IMG/VR virus record: IMGVR_UViG_3300036784_000063
Span: 1 to 45,307 of that record
Length of the DNA: 45,307 nt
Strand: one strand, 5' to 3'
Source: a virus
Taxonomy: Duplodnaviria > Caudoviricetes
A program made the translations under genes and the position numbers. The notes beneath the pieces were generated by a model. It searched no databases. It was not told the DNA's origin and saw only the letters and a list, made by a program, of their open reading frames with translations. This document shows positions 7,897 through 18,079 of the stretch, in pieces (within the stretch, counting starts at the first letter, position 1; the number at the start of each line of letters is the position of its first letter).

Positions 7897-9342
7897 ATGT
7901 CTCAACCCAACGTCACTACCACCGAGCTCGACGGCCAACTCGCCGCGACGCCCGACAGCGGCTCGAAGCTGCTCGCGCTGATCGGCGCAGCGACGGCCGG
8001 CCCGTTCAACTTGCCCGCGGGCTTCGCGCGCACGCAAGACGTGATCGCGAACTTCCAAAGCGGGCCGCTCGTCGAGGCCGCGTGCACGGCGATCGACAAG
8101 TACAAAAAGCAGGTCCTTTGCATTCGCTCGAACGCGTCGGTCGCGGGCGTGCACGGCAACCTCGACGTGTCCGGCGTAGCGGGAACGAGCGTCGTCACGC
8201 TCACCGGCACGCCGACTGACGACGTCGAGCCGCGGTTCAAGGTGGTAACGCCCGGCACCGTCGGCGTCGCCGGCATCACCTTTCAGTGGAGCCTCGACAA
8301 CGGGCGCAACTGGTCTCAGATCGCCGCGCTCGGCACTGCGAACACGTTCGCGATCCCCGGCTCGGGAATGACTCTGAACTTTGCCGACGGCACTCTCGCG
8401 GCCGGCGACCAGGTGTACGCGCGCAGCACCGGCCCGCAGTGGGGGACGCAGGATCTCTCGGACGCGGTCGACGCTCTGCGCAACTCTGCGCAGGCTTGGG
8501 AAATCCTCGAGCCTGTCGGCGCGATCGACGCGAACGCATTCGACACGCTCGAAACGAAGTTCGCAGCCATGGCCACGGCCGGCAAATACCGCGCGTGGTC
8601 GGGCAACACGCGCATGCCGAACGTCGGCGAGACCGAGGCTCAATACCTCGCCGCCTTGAACACGATCTTTGCCTCGAAGGCATCGACGCACGGCGAGCTC
8701 TCGGCCGGCGCGCACAAGATCCTCTCGAGCGTCACCGGCCGCATCGTGCGCCGTCCGATCTCGTTCACGATCGCCGCGCTCGAGTCGAGCGTGTCGGAGG
8801 AAGTCAACATCGCGGACGTGTCGCGCGGGCCGCTCGCTGGCGTCGCGATCAGCGACGCGAACGGCAACCCCGACGAGCACGACGAGTCGATCTTCCCTGG
8901 CCTCGACGATGCCCGCTTCCTCACGCTGCGCACGATCGACGGGTTGAACGGCGTGTACGTGAACCGCCCGCGGCTGTTCTCGTCGGTCGGCTCCGACTTC
9001 TCGATCATGCCGTACCGCCGCGTGATGAACATCGGGCACGCCGCGCTGCGCCTGTACTTCATGAACCGGCTCAATAAGCCGATCCTCGTCTCGAAAAAGA
9101 CGGGATACATCCTCGAGAGCGAGGCACTCGAGATCGAGAGCGGCGCGCGCTCGGTCATGCGTTCGACGCTGCTCGCGAAGCCGAAGGCGTCCGATATCAA
9201 CTTCGTTCTCTCGAGGACCGACAACCTGTTGTCGACCAAGACGCTGAACGGAATCGCTTCGATCATTCCGCTCGCCTACCCCGAGTTCATCAACTTGGCG
9301 ATCGGCTTCCTCAACCCGGCCCTTCAAGTGCAGGCGGTGTGA
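7897..9342 (+). CDS. Contractile tail sheath protein (DUF2586-like)
   Basis: MSQPNVTTTELDG start, LDDARFLTLRT..G..GVYV and GSDF...YRRVMN motifs. Confidence 0.85.
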   Translation: MSQPNVTTTELDGQLAATPDSGSKLLALIGAATAGPFNLPAGFARTQDVIANFQSGPLVEAACTAIDKYKKQVLCIRSNASVAGVHGNLDVSGVAGTSVVTLTGTPTDDVEPRFKVVTPGTVGVAGITFQWSLDNGRNWSQIAALGTANTFAIPGSGMTLNFADGTLAAGDQVYARSTGPQWGTQDLSDAVDALRNSAQAWEILEPVGAIDANAFDTLETKFAAMATAGKYRAWSGNTRMPNVGETEAQYLAALNTIFASKASTHGELSAGAHKILSSVTGRIVRRPISFTIAALESSVSEEVNIADVSRGPLAGVAISDANGNPDEHDESIFPGLDDARFLTLRTIDGLNGVYVNRPRLFSSVGSDFSIMPYRRVMNIGHAALRLYFMNRLNKPILVSKKTGYILESEALEIESGARSVMRSTLLAKPKASDINFVLSRTDNLLSTKTLNGIASIIPLAYPEFINLAIGFLNPALQVQAV

Positions 9343-9345
9343 ACC

Positions 9346-9828
9346 ATGGCTGATCAGATCCGAGTAAACGGCAACCTTCAAAGCTGGGGCTCGATCGTTC
9401 TGAAGATCGACGGCGACCCGTACACCGGGTTCAACGCGATCGACTTCAGCGACAAGCGCGAGCGCGCGTTCGGGTACGGCATGGGCCGTCATCAGGCGCC
9501 GCGCGGGCGCACGCGCGGCAAGTACAGCGCGGATAACGCGAAGCTCGGCGGCCCCGTCGGCTCGATCGCGATGCTGCGCGCTGCTCTCGCTGCGAAAGCC
9601 GAGGACGGCAAGAGCTACGGCAACGTCGAGTTTCAAGTGATCGTGCAGTACGTCGAGCTCGACGATACGCCGGTGCAAATCGAGCTCGATCGTTGCTGCA
9701 TTGTCGGCGACGGCTCCTCGCACAAGGAAGGCGCCGAGCAGCTCGAGAACGAGCTCGAACTGTCGGTGTTCGTGATCCGTCGCAACGAGTTGACGCTGTT
9801 CGATCAGACGCAAGGGGCACCGGCATGA
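9346..9828 (+). CDS. Tail tube protein
   Basis: RVNGNLQSWGSI...YGMG...PRGRTRGKY motifs, follows the sheath. Confidence 0.8.
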   Translation: MADQIRVNGNLQSWGSIVLKIDGDPYTGFNAIDFSDKRERAFGYGMGRHQAPRGRTRGKYSADNAKLGGPVGSIAMLRAALAAKAEDGKSYGNVEFQVIVQYVELDDTPVQIELDRCCIVGDGSSHKEGAEQLENELELSVFVIRRNELTLFDQTQGAPA

Positions 9829-10292
9829 TGAACGACACCATCACCACCACCGCGCCGGCCGACGAGGCCGCAACGCGACTCGCTGCACTCAAAGCAGAGC
9901 GTGCACGCATTCTCGAAGCGCGCGAACAGCGCGAGGCCGAGACCGCGACGGCGCGCGAGCTCGAGGAAGTGACGCAACAGCTCGCCGACGAGAAGGCAAT
10001 CGACGCCGCGATCGAGGCGCACGGGCCGCTCGACAAGAAGATCGCGACGGTGCAGACGACCGCGGGCCTCGTGATCGTGAAGAAGCCGAATCACGTGCTT
10101 TTCAAGCGGTTTCAGGACAGCGGCGAGTCGTCGACCGACGAGTTTACCAAGTTGGTGCGCCCGTGCGTCGTGTACCCCGATAAGCCGCGGTTCGACGCCA
10201 TGCTCGACGACTCCCCTGGGATCCTCGGGCCGTGCGCGAAAGCCGTGTGTCTGCTCGCTGGCGTCAAGCTGAAGGAGGTCTCGGCAAAATAG
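9825..10292 (+). CDS. Tail assembly chaperone (gpG-like)
   Basis: Between tube and tape measure, with an ATGA coupled start. Confidence 0.65.
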   Translation: MMNDTITTTAPADEAATRLAALKAERARILEAREQREAETATARELEEVTQQLADEKAIDAAIEAHGPLDKKIATVQTTAGLVIVKKPNHVLFKRFQDSGESSTDEFTKLVRPCVVYPDKPRFDAMLDDSPGILGPCAKAVCLLAGVKLKEVSAK

Positions 10293-10489
10293 CCGAGCTC
10301 CGACGCGAGACGCGCGACCGCACGATCGTGGCGGCCGAGTGTCTGCTCGCTGCTCTCGGGTTCGAGGAGCAAGACGAGCCGGACGCGCGAACCGCGCGTG
10401 CGTACGTCGGAGCGCTCTTAGTCGTCGAGCACATGCGCAAGGTTGAGGCGTTGATCGACGCGCTCGCCAAGTCTTCCCCCGCGAAGTGA
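10283..10489 (+). CDS. Probable -1 frameshift extension of the chaperone (gpGT-like)
   Basis: Open -1 frame past GGCAAAATAG up to the tape measure gene. AAGGAGG at 10272-10278. Confidence 0.5.
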   Translation, partial: GKIAELRRETRDRTIVAAECLLAALGFEEQDEPDARTARAYVGALLVVEHMRKVEALIDALAKSSPAK

Positions 10490-10498
10490 GGTCACACC

Positions 10499-12370
10499 AT
10501 GGCCGAGGCCGACAGCAAAGCCACTTTCGAGATCAATCTCGAGGACGGCACGAGCGGTACCGCTGAGAGCGCTGCCTCGGCGCTCAAGAAACTTCGCGAG
10601 GCGATCGACGGCGACTTGAAAGAGCTCGCCATGATGCAGAAGGCGTTGCGCAACTTGAAGGCGGGCGGGCTCGAGAGCTCGAGACAGTTCCTCGATCTGA
10701 AAAACAAGATGGACGAGCACAAAAAAGTGATCGCCCAGAATCAAGCCGCGTACCTCGGGCTCGGTGGCTCGCTCCGCGACACGGCGAGACGAGGATCATC
10801 GTCGTTTGCACAGTTGCGCGCGTCCGCGGACGGCCTCGGCGGCCCGCTCGCGTCGCTGCTCGGGCGGTTCGACGGGATCGCGAAGCTCGTCAAGGGCGGC
10901 GCTATCGCTCTCGGCATTGCAGCGATCGCCGCTGCACTCGTTGCTCTCACCGTCGCGGCCGTCGCGTCGGTGGCGGCACTCGCGAAGTACGGGATCGCGC
11001 AAGCCGACGCGCGACGCAACGAGCTGTTGCGGCTCGAGGGCTTGACGAAACTCCGCTCGATCTACGGCTTCGCAGCGGGCAACGCGCGCGAGATGCAGGG
11101 CGAGATCGATCGCGTGAGCGCCGGTACCGCGATCTCGCGCGACGAGGTCGGCAAGCTCGGTGCGGAGCTGTACCGCGCGGGCCTCCGCGGGAAGAACTTC
11201 GGCGCAGCGCTCGAGGGCGCAGCGCTCAAAGCGAGCGTACTCGGCGAGGAGCAAGGGCACGCGTTCGTCGGATGGGCCGCGTCGATCAACCTCGCGGGCG
11301 GGAGCGTCCAAAAGCTCACCGACCGCGTGAAAAACCGGCTCGGCCGCGTCGGGCAAGAGCAACTGAAGTCGCTCGACGTGCAGACACGCAAGCTGCACGA
11401 GGGGTTCGACTCGCTTTTCGGCGGCCTCGATATCGAAGGGTTCCTGTCAGCACTGAAACAGGTCAAGGATCTGTTCACTCTGAACACAGCGACGGGCCGA
11501 TCGCTCAAGTTCGTACTGACGACGTTGCTTCAGCCGCTGATCAACTCGCTCACGACGGGCACGCCGCTCCTAAAGCGCTTCTTTCAGGGCATGACCATCG
11601 CGGTTTTGGTGCTCGCGATCGAGGTGTTGAAGCTCCGCAAGTGGTTCCGCGACACGTTCGGCGATTCGTCGTGGTTGAAGGGCCTCGATATGGGCGAGCT
11701 CGCGTTGTGGGCCGGCGTTGCGGCCGTCGCGGCGCTCGGGACCGGCTTCCTCGTGCTCGGAACGCTGATCGCGGGCGCTCTCGTCGCTGCTTTGCCGCTG
11801 ATCTGGGCGGGCGTCGCCGCGATGACGGCTTTCGCGGTGTCTGGACTCGTCGCCGCCGCGCCATTCTTGCTCGCCGCCGCTGCTGTCGGCGCGCTGATCG
11901 CTGTCGGGTACGAGCTCGTCGAGCTGTGGCGCGAGATCGATTGGGGCGAGCTCGGATCGATGATCGTCGACGGCCTGGTCGGCGGCCTTTCGCGCGCGAA
12001 AGACTGGGCGATCGACTCGGTGACGGGCCTCGGCCGCGACATGATGAAGTCGTTCAAGGATACGTTGGGCATCCACTCGCCCTCGCGCGAGTTCGCGAAG
12101 CTCGGCGTGCAGCTTCCGGCCGGCCTCGAGCAAGGAATCGACGACGGCGCCGGCAACGCGCAAGCGGCGGCCGACCGAATGGTGACGCCGACGGCGCCGA
12201 CGGCCGCTCGAGGCGCAGCGCGCAGCGGCAACGTCACCGTGCACGTGGGCGACGTGCACGTGAACAGCGCGGGCGAGAACGCGCGCGAGATCGTGGCCGA
12301 CATCAAGGTCGAGCTGCAACGCATGCTCGAGGGCGTCGCGATCGAGCTCGGCGCGTCGGTGGGGGCCTGA
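10499..12370 (+). CDS. Tape measure protein
   Basis: Helical and Ala/Gly-rich with hydrophobic stretches. LGIHSPSREF motif. Confidence 0.85.
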   Translation: MAEADSKATFEINLEDGTSGTAESAASALKKLREAIDGDLKELAMMQKALRNLKAGGLESSRQFLDLKNKMDEHKKVIAQNQAAYLGLGGSLRDTARRGSSSFAQLRASADGLGGPLASLLGRFDGIAKLVKGGAIALGIAAIAAALVALTVAAVASVAALAKYGIAQADARRNELLRLEGLTKLRSIYGFAAGNAREMQGEIDRVSAGTAISRDEVGKLGAELYRAGLRGKNFGAALEGAALKASVLGEEQGHAFVGWAASINLAGGSVQKLTDRVKNRLGRVGQEQLKSLDVQTRKLHEGFDSLFGGLDIEGFLSALKQVKDLFTLNTATGRSLKFVLTTLLQPLINSLTTGTPLLKRFFQGMTIAVLVLAIEVLKLRKWFRDTFGDSSWLKGLDMGELALWAGVAAVAALGTGFLVLGTLIAGALVAALPLIWAGVAAMTAFAVSGLVAAAPFLLAAAAVGALIAVGYELVELWREIDWGELGSMIVDGLVGGLSRAKDWAIDSVTGLGRDMMKSFKDTLGIHSPSREFAKLGVQLPAGLEQGIDDGAGNAQAAADRMVTPTAPTAARGAARSGNVTVHVGDVHVNSAGENAREIVADIKVELQRMLEGVAIELGASVGA

Positions 12371-12903
12371 TGGGTTGGAACCCCCTCGACGACCCGTGCG
12401 ATTACATCTTGCTCGCGGGCCAGAAGTCGCCCGGCGTTGCAGACGTCACGGGCGCGAGCTCGCCGCGCGAGTGGGAAGAGCGGAAGGGTTACGGCATGTC
12501 CGGCGCCTGGTCGCTGTTCATGCGCCGCAACCTCGCGCGCTTCTCGGTGACGCTGCGCCTGTACACGACCGAGGATTGGGCCGCGTGGGACGAGTGGAAA
12601 CAGCTCGTTGATCAGCTTCCGAAGCGCCGCACTAGCGCCAAGTTCGATACGGGGTTCATGGAGATCACGCACCCGTTGCTCGCGGATCTCGACATTCGCG
12701 CGGTCGGCGTCGGCGAGCGAATGCAAGCCGTGCAGACGGGCGACGGCGAGTGGTCGATCGAGATCAAGTTCATCGAATGGCGCCCGCTGAAACAGACGCT
12801 CGCGAAGCCGGACGGCGCGCAAGCGGAGCCAAGCGATCCGTACGACGACAAGATCCAAGGGCTACTAGACCAGGCGCAGCGATTGGCGGGCGACAATGGG
12901 TGA
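12370..12903 (+). CDS. Baseplate/tube initiator-like protein
   Basis: MGWNPLDDPCDYILLAGQKSPG, follows the tape measure with a coupled start. Confidence 0.6.
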   Translation: MGWNPLDDPCDYILLAGQKSPGVADVTGASSPREWEERKGYGMSGAWSLFMRRNLARFSVTLRLYTTEDWAAWDEWKQLVDQLPKRRTSAKFDTGFMEITHPLLADLDIRAVGVGERMQAVQTGDGEWSIEIKFIEWRPLKQTLAKPDGAQAEPSDPYDDKIQGLLDQAQRLAGDNG

Positions 12904-14077
12904 AGCAACGGCCGCCATCAACGGGCAAGCGCTCGTCGAGTGTCGCATCACCGTCGGCAACGTCGGCCCGTGGCACGCGATCTGCGACTTCGCCGAGGCG
13001 CCCGACGTCGACGGCGCCGTCACGCTCACGATCGGCGACAGCTTCACGGCGAAGTGCACGGTCGACGCGTCGGCCGCGGGCTCGTTCGGCCTGCAGCGCC
13101 GCGTGCGCGTCGTCGGTGGTGCGAACGGGTGGGGCAAGGCCGTTGCGCCGAAGTCGTACCAGAACGACGCCGGCATCAAGGGCCGCACCGTCGCCGAGGA
13201 CGCCGCCCGCACCGTCGGCGAGACGATCGGGACCTTCGTGCCGGCCGCCGAGAAGTTCGGCCGCGCGTACGCCCGCCAAGCCGGCCCGGCCTCGCTGGCG
13301 CTCGAGGACGTCCTCGGGGGCGTCGCGTGGTGGGTAGGGTTCGACGGCGTCACCAACGCCGGCCCACGGCCCGCGACGGCGCTCGACGCCAGCGCGTACG
13401 AGCTCCTCGCGTACGATCCCCGCGATCGGGTGGCGACGCTCGGCGTCGACGACGTCGGGGCCGTCTCGATCGGCTCAATCCTCACGGACCGGCTCGACGC
13501 GCCCGCCACCGTCCGCGCGCTCGAGATCACGGTGTCCGGCTCCGAGCTCCGCGTGCTCGCGCACTGCAACGGCGCCGAGACGGCTCGAGGGCCGCTCGCC
13601 GAGCTGTTCCGCACCATCACCCGTCGCGCCGTCGCCGACCGCTTGTGGGGCGTGTACCGCTACCGCGTCGTACGCATGGCCGTCGACCGCGTCGAGCTGC
13701 AAGCGGTGCGCAAAGTGGCGGGCCTGCCGGATCTGCTCCCCGTGAGCATGTGGCCCGGCGTTGCCGGCGCCGTCCTCGAGCTCGCGCCGTCGGCCGAGGT
13801 GCTCGTGCAGTTCGTCGAGGGCGACCGCGCGCAACCCATCATCACCGGGTTCGCCGGGCAAGACGCGTCGGGCTTCGTTCCGGTGCAACTCACGCTCGGC
13901 GGCAAGGAAGGTGCGCCCGTCGCGCGGCAAGGTGACGCCGTCGAGGTGTTGCTACCGCCCGCCGTGTTCACCGGAACGATCAGCGGTGCGCCGGCCTCGG
14001 GCGTGCTCGCGTTTCCCGTCATGAAGACCAGCGGGATCATCACCGCGGGCTCGTCGAAAGTGAAGGCGGCAACGTGA
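12896..14077 (+). CDS. Baseplate hub/spike-like protein
   Basis: C-terminal EVLVQFVEGDRAQPIITGF (gpV OB-like) and PVARQGDAV...GIITAGS tip. Confidence 0.7.
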   Translation: MGEATAAINGQALVECRITVGNVGPWHAICDFAEAPDVDGAVTLTIGDSFTAKCTVDASAAGSFGLQRRVRVVGGANGWGKAVAPKSYQNDAGIKGRTVAEDAARTVGETIGTFVPAAEKFGRAYARQAGPASLALEDVLGGVAWWVGFDGVTNAGPRPATALDASAYELLAYDPRDRVATLGVDDVGAVSIGSILTDRLDAPATVRALEITVSGSELRVLAHCNGAETARGPLAELFRTITRRAVADRLWGVYRYRVVRMAVDRVELQAVRKVAGLPDLLPVSMWPGVAGAVLELAPSAEVLVQFVEGDRAQPIITGFAGQDASGFVPVQLTLGGKEGAPVARQGDAVEVLLPPAVFTGTISGAPASGVLAFPVMKTSGIITAGSSKVKAAT

Positions 14078-14604
14078 GCGCGACGTACCTCGGCGAGCTG
14101 TCGATCGGCGACGCGCTTCCGGGCGCGAACGGCGTCGCCGTTGCCGGCGCGACGGGCATCAACTCGGCGTTGCCCGACATTCTCGCGCGGATCGCGGCGC
14201 TGCAAGCCTTCGTGCCGCTCCCGACGTCGTTCGTCGAGCAGCTCGCTACAGCAGAGTCGATCGTTGCGTCGGTGCAGGCCGGGATCGAGCTCGGCTTGCC
14301 GGTGCCGTCGCTCGACGCGCAGATCGCACAGATGGCGGCGCTCGTTGCGTCGCTGCTCGCGCAAGTCGAGGCGATCAACGCGCAACTTACGCTCGTCGCC
14401 AGCTTCCGCGCCTTGCTCGGCGAAGCGGGCATCCACGCGATCGCGTTCGCCGGCCTCGTCGGCTCGTTCGGCGGCGACGTCGACGGCGCACTCGCGAGCG
14501 TCGGTGCTCTCGTCCCCGGCGAGTCTGCAAACGCCGTCGTGTTGCTCACCACGTCGCCGGCCGCGTGGTCCGCACTCAGTCAGATCGCGAAGGTCACCCC
14601 ATGA
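14074..14604 (+). CDS. Hypothetical structural protein
   Basis: Coupled ORF in the baseplate operon. Confidence 0.6.
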   Translation: MSATYLGELSIGDALPGANGVAVAGATGINSALPDILARIAALQAFVPLPTSFVEQLATAESIVASVQAGIELGLPVPSLDAQIAQMAALVASLLAQVEAINAQLTLVASFRALLGEAGIHAIAFAGLVGSFGGDVDGALASVGALVPGESANAVVLLTTSPAAWSALSQIAKVTP

Positions 14605-15077
14605 GTAACCCCACGTTCGACGCCAGCTTTGCCGAAGCGCTCGCCTCGTTGCAGCGCGAGGTCCCGGTGCAAACGACGCCGTACGCGTACGGCCGCGATC
14701 TGTCGTGCGAGCTCGACGCAACCGACGACTTCGCCGAAGTCGATCCGAACAGCACGCGCGCAATCGGCGAGGCGTGCGTGCGCCGGCTCATCACGCAACG
14801 CGGGAGCTTGCCCGGCGATCGTGACTACGGCCTCGATCTGCGCGCGTACCTCAACCGCGGCACGACGGCGCAAGAGTTGCGCGACCTCGGCTCGCGCATC
14901 CGCCTCGAGCTCAAGAAAGACGACCGCGTGAGCGAGTGCGACGCGCAAGTGTCGTCACCGACGGCCGCGCAGCTGAGCGTGCGCATCATGATCACGCCGG
15001 CCGACCCCTCACTCGATCAGTTCGCCCTCACGTTCGACGTTACGGACGCGGGGATCGTCAACGTGGAGATCGGCTAA
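14601..15077 (+). CDS. Baseplate wedge (gp25/gpW-like)
   Basis: RRLITQRGSLPGDRDYGLDL...DDRV motif. Confidence 0.8.
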   Translation: MSNPTFDASFAEALASLQREVPVQTTPYAYGRDLSCELDATDDFAEVDPNSTRAIGEACVRRLITQRGSLPGDRDYGLDLRAYLNRGTTAQELRDLGSRIRLELKKDDRVSECDAQVSSPTAAQLSVRIMITPADPSLDQFALTFDVTDAGIVNVEIG

Positions 15078-16255
15078 TGGCACTACTCTCGCTCGACGAC
15101 CTTACTACTCCGCTCACTCGCCAAGAGATCGAAGCGAAGGTGTACCAAGTGCTCGGCCTGATCGGCGTCACGACCACGTCGTGGAAGTCGGGCGCCGTCG
15201 TGCGCACCATGATCACGGCGATCGCAATCGTGCTCGAGGGGTTCTCGAGGCTACAGGCGCTGATCGCTCGCTCGGGCTTCCTCGAGCTCGCCGAGGGCGC
15301 ATGGCTCACGCTCGTTGCGCACTACGTGTACGGCGTCGATCGGGTGTACGCGACGTTCGGCGAGGGCGAGCTCACCCTCACGAACACGGGCGGCGGCGTC
15401 TATGCCGTCGACGCCGACGACCTTACTTTCGTCAACCCGACGACGGGCCAGACGTACCGCAACACCGAGGCGTTTACACTCGCGGCACTCGGCACGCTCA
15501 CGATCACCGTGCGCGCTGTCGAGAGCGGAAGCGCGAGCACGAGCGCGCCCGGTGCGATCTCGCAACTGCAGACACCGCTACCGGGGGTGACATGCACGAA
15601 CGCGACTGCAATCGTAGGAACGGACGACGAGAAGGATCCAGCTCTGCGCGTGCGGTGCGCGGAAAAGCTCGGCTCGCTCTCGCCCTTCGGCCCGTGGGAC
15701 GCATACGGGTACGCGGCCCGCAACGCGACTCGCGCGGACGGCTCCTCTGTCGGAGTTACGCGAGTGCGCACGAACAAAGATGGTTTCGGCAACGTGTATC
15801 TATACGTTGCAACGGCGAGCGGCCCCGTTCCCGGCACCGTCTCCGATCAAACGTCCGACCTCGGCGTGATCGACGTCGCCGTGCAAAAGCGCGCCGCGCC
15901 GCTCGCCGTGCGAGGCGTGACGCTCGCCGCCGCGGCCGTGTCGATCCCGATCACCGCGACCGTGTACCTGTACAACACCTCGGGCCTTACTGAGGCCGAG
16001 ATCCAAGCCGCGATCCTCGCGCGTCTCGTGTCGTTCATGCCGGCGCAACCGATCGGCGGCAACATCATCGGCCCAGGCCCCGGAAAGGTGTTCGTCGACG
16101 CGGTGCGCACCACCATTGCCGCTGCGCTCGACCAGATCTTCCACGTCGACTTGATGGGCATGTCCGACGTCGTGCTGTCGCTGTCATCGGTGCCCGTGCT
16201 CGGCGCCGTGTCGATCACGCTCGTTCAAGTGCCGCCGAGTGAGGGGCTGATCTAA
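15077..16255 (+). CDS. Baseplate J-like protein
   Basis: AEGAWLTLVA...YGVDR and VTCTN...GTDDEKDPALRVR motifs. Confidence 0.88.
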   Translation: MALLSLDDLTTPLTRQEIEAKVYQVLGLIGVTTTSWKSGAVVRTMITAIAIVLEGFSRLQALIARSGFLELAEGAWLTLVAHYVYGVDRVYATFGEGELTLTNTGGGVYAVDADDLTFVNPTTGQTYRNTEAFTLAALGTLTITVRAVESGSASTSAPGAISQLQTPLPGVTCTNATAIVGTDDEKDPALRVRCAEKLGSLSPFGPWDAYGYAARNATRADGSSVGVTRVRTNKDGFGNVYLYVATASGPVPGTVSDQTSDLGVIDVAVQKRAAPLAVRGVTLAAAAVSIPITATVYLYNTSGLTEAEIQAAILARLVSFMPAQPIGGNIIGPGPGKVFVDAVRTTIAAALDQIFHVDLMGMSDVVLSLSSVPVLGAVSITLVQVPPSEGLI

Positions 16256-17256
16256 TGGCTGGTGACGTCACACTCGAGACGCCCGCGGGCAACGTCGCAC
16301 GCTCGACGTCGCTCAAGTTCACGACGCCGAACCCCGTCACGTCGATCAGCGTCGAGTTCAACCCGGACGCCGGCAACGGCCCGCGCGAGACGGTGTACGA
16401 CGGCACCGATGCGGCGAACCTGAACGGGACCTTTTCGTACCTGTACAGGTTCTCGAAGCGGACGGGCAACGAGTGGGAGATCATTCGCGAGAACGGGTGG
16501 CCCGCGAAGGCGCAGCTACGCATCAAGGAAGCGAGCTCGTTCTCGGCCGGTGGCGGCCTCACCTCGCGCGCCGCTCTCACACCGGGGCTCTACAGCCCGA
16601 TCGGGCAATGGGCGCTGCAAGGGTGGCCCGACTCGTCGATCGGGTACCTCGATCGCTCGGGCAATGGCTATCACCTCGATCACGGCGCACCAACGTACGG
16701 CGCGGATCTCATTCCCGGCGCTCGTGCAGCACGGCCTGTAGTCGGGCAGAAGTTGCAGCGCAAGACGATCACGCCGGCAATGCAGCTCGTCGGCGATCTG
16801 ACGTTTCAGATCCGGTTCAAGATCGACGGCCTCGGCACTCCTCAACAGCTGCTCTCGTTCTCGAGCGTGTACGCACCCGATTGGGCTCACGGCACGATGT
16901 ACGAGTTTGGAATCGGCCCCGACGGCTCGTTCTGGTACGCGCGCACGGCGAACCCGTTCGCGGATCTCGACTACGTGCACTCGCCGACGCTGCGCGTAAT
17001 GCCGGGACAGTGGCACGTCGGCACGCTGCGCCGCATCGGTTCAACGGTTCGTTTCGGCCTCGATCTCTCGTTCGAGGACGCCAACGCCGAGATCAGCCCG
17101 CCCCCGCAAGTGTCGAGCGGCTCGTACCTGACTCTCGGCTCCGACGGCGACAGCGACAACGAGGTCCACGGCTTGATCGCCGACGCTTCGTTGTGGGGCG
17201 CCGGCAACACCGACGACGAGCAAACCGGCCTGATCGCCGTCGCATTGGGGCTGTGA
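16255..17256 (+). CDS. LamG/concanavalin-like lectin domain protein
   Basis: DRSGNGYHL, LTFQIRFK, GQWHVGTLRRIGSTVRFGLD and LTLG...GLIAD pattern. Confidence 0.65.
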   Translation: MAGDVTLETPAGNVARSTSLKFTTPNPVTSISVEFNPDAGNGPRETVYDGTDAANLNGTFSYLYRFSKRTGNEWEIIRENGWPAKAQLRIKEASSFSAGGGLTSRAALTPGLYSPIGQWALQGWPDSSIGYLDRSGNGYHLDHGAPTYGADLIPGARAARPVVGQKLQRKTITPAMQLVGDLTFQIRFKIDGLGTPQQLLSFSSVYAPDWAHGTMYEFGIGPDGSFWYARTANPFADLDYVHSPTLRVMPGQWHVGTLRRIGSTVRFGLDLSFEDANAEISPPPQVSSGSYLTLGSDGDSDNEVHGLIADASLWGAGNTDDEQTGLIAVALGL

Positions 17257-17260
17257 CGCC

Positions 17261-18070
17261 ATGACCACCACGTTCGCCACGTACATTCCACCCGCGCCCG
17301 TACCGTCGCCGGCACCCGTCGTCGATCTGCCGAGCGCGCAACCGCAAACGGAGCTGCGCACGTGGCGCGACACGCTTCGGCAGATCGTGCCGGTGTGGCT
17401 CCGCGGGAAGAACCTCGGCGGCGTGCTGTTCGCCGTCGGCTCGATCGTCGACACCATGAACGACGCGTTGGTCGGCTCGGTGAAGGCGCGGTTCCCCGGC
17501 AAGTACGGAACCGAGCCTTACGGCATCATCGGTCGCGAGCGTCGGATCCGTCGAGGCCGCACCGAGCCGGACGCAACCTATCAACAGCGCCTCGTCGGGT
17601 GGCTCGACGCGCACGCGCTACGCGGCGGCCCGATCGCTCTGTTGCAACAGCTCTGGCAGCACTACGCGCCTAACAACTTCGCGATCGAGCTCGTGTACGC
17701 GAACGGCCGACGCTTCTCGCTCGCCGTCGACGGCTCGATCACTTGGGATGACGTCGGCGACTTCCACACGGCCGAGTGGGCGCACTGGACCCTGTACTTC
17801 CATTGGCCCGATCCCGTGCACACCGATGGAGTGTGGGACGACGCGGGCACGTGGGACGACGGCGGCGTGTGGGACTCCGACTTGACGCCGCAAGAGGTGA
17901 CGGACCTTCGTTTGATCCCGCGCGAGTGGAACGCGGCGCACTGCTTCGGCAACGTCGTTCTACTCAACTCGTCGATCGAGCTTTGGGACTACCCGGTCGG
18001 CACTTGGGACGATCCGGGCGGCGTGTGGCTTCCCGATAGTGCGTACGCGATCCAGTTCTCGATCGAGTGA
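17261..18070 (+). CDS. Baseplate/tail protein (gpI-like)
   Basis: IGRERRIRRG..E.DA.Y..RL..W...H..RG motif, synteny. Confidence 0.7.
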   Translation: MTTTFATYIPPAPVPSPAPVVDLPSAQPQTELRTWRDTLRQIVPVWLRGKNLGGVLFAVGSIVDTMNDALVGSVKARFPGKYGTEPYGIIGRERRIRRGRTEPDATYQQRLVGWLDAHALRGGPIALLQQLWQHYAPNNFAIELVYANGRRFSLAVDGSITWDDVGDFHTAEWAHWTLYFHWPDPVHTDGVWDDAGTWDDGGVWDSDLTPQEVTDLRLIPREWNAAHCFGNVVLLNSSIELWDYPVGTWDDPGGVWLPDSAYAIQFSIE

Positions 18071-18079
18071 GGCTAAACC

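Noticed and set aside
7861-9813. Long antisense and alternate-frame ORFs (this 650-aa ORF, 22366-23841, 36222-37826 and others)
   Set aside because: These are Arg/Ala-rich shadow ORFs expected at high GC, and they overlap well-supported genes.
10247-10352. 14-bp direct repeat GTGTCTGCTCGCTG in the chaperone region
   Set aside because: It is short, both copies encode CLLA, and chance is a sufficient explanation.
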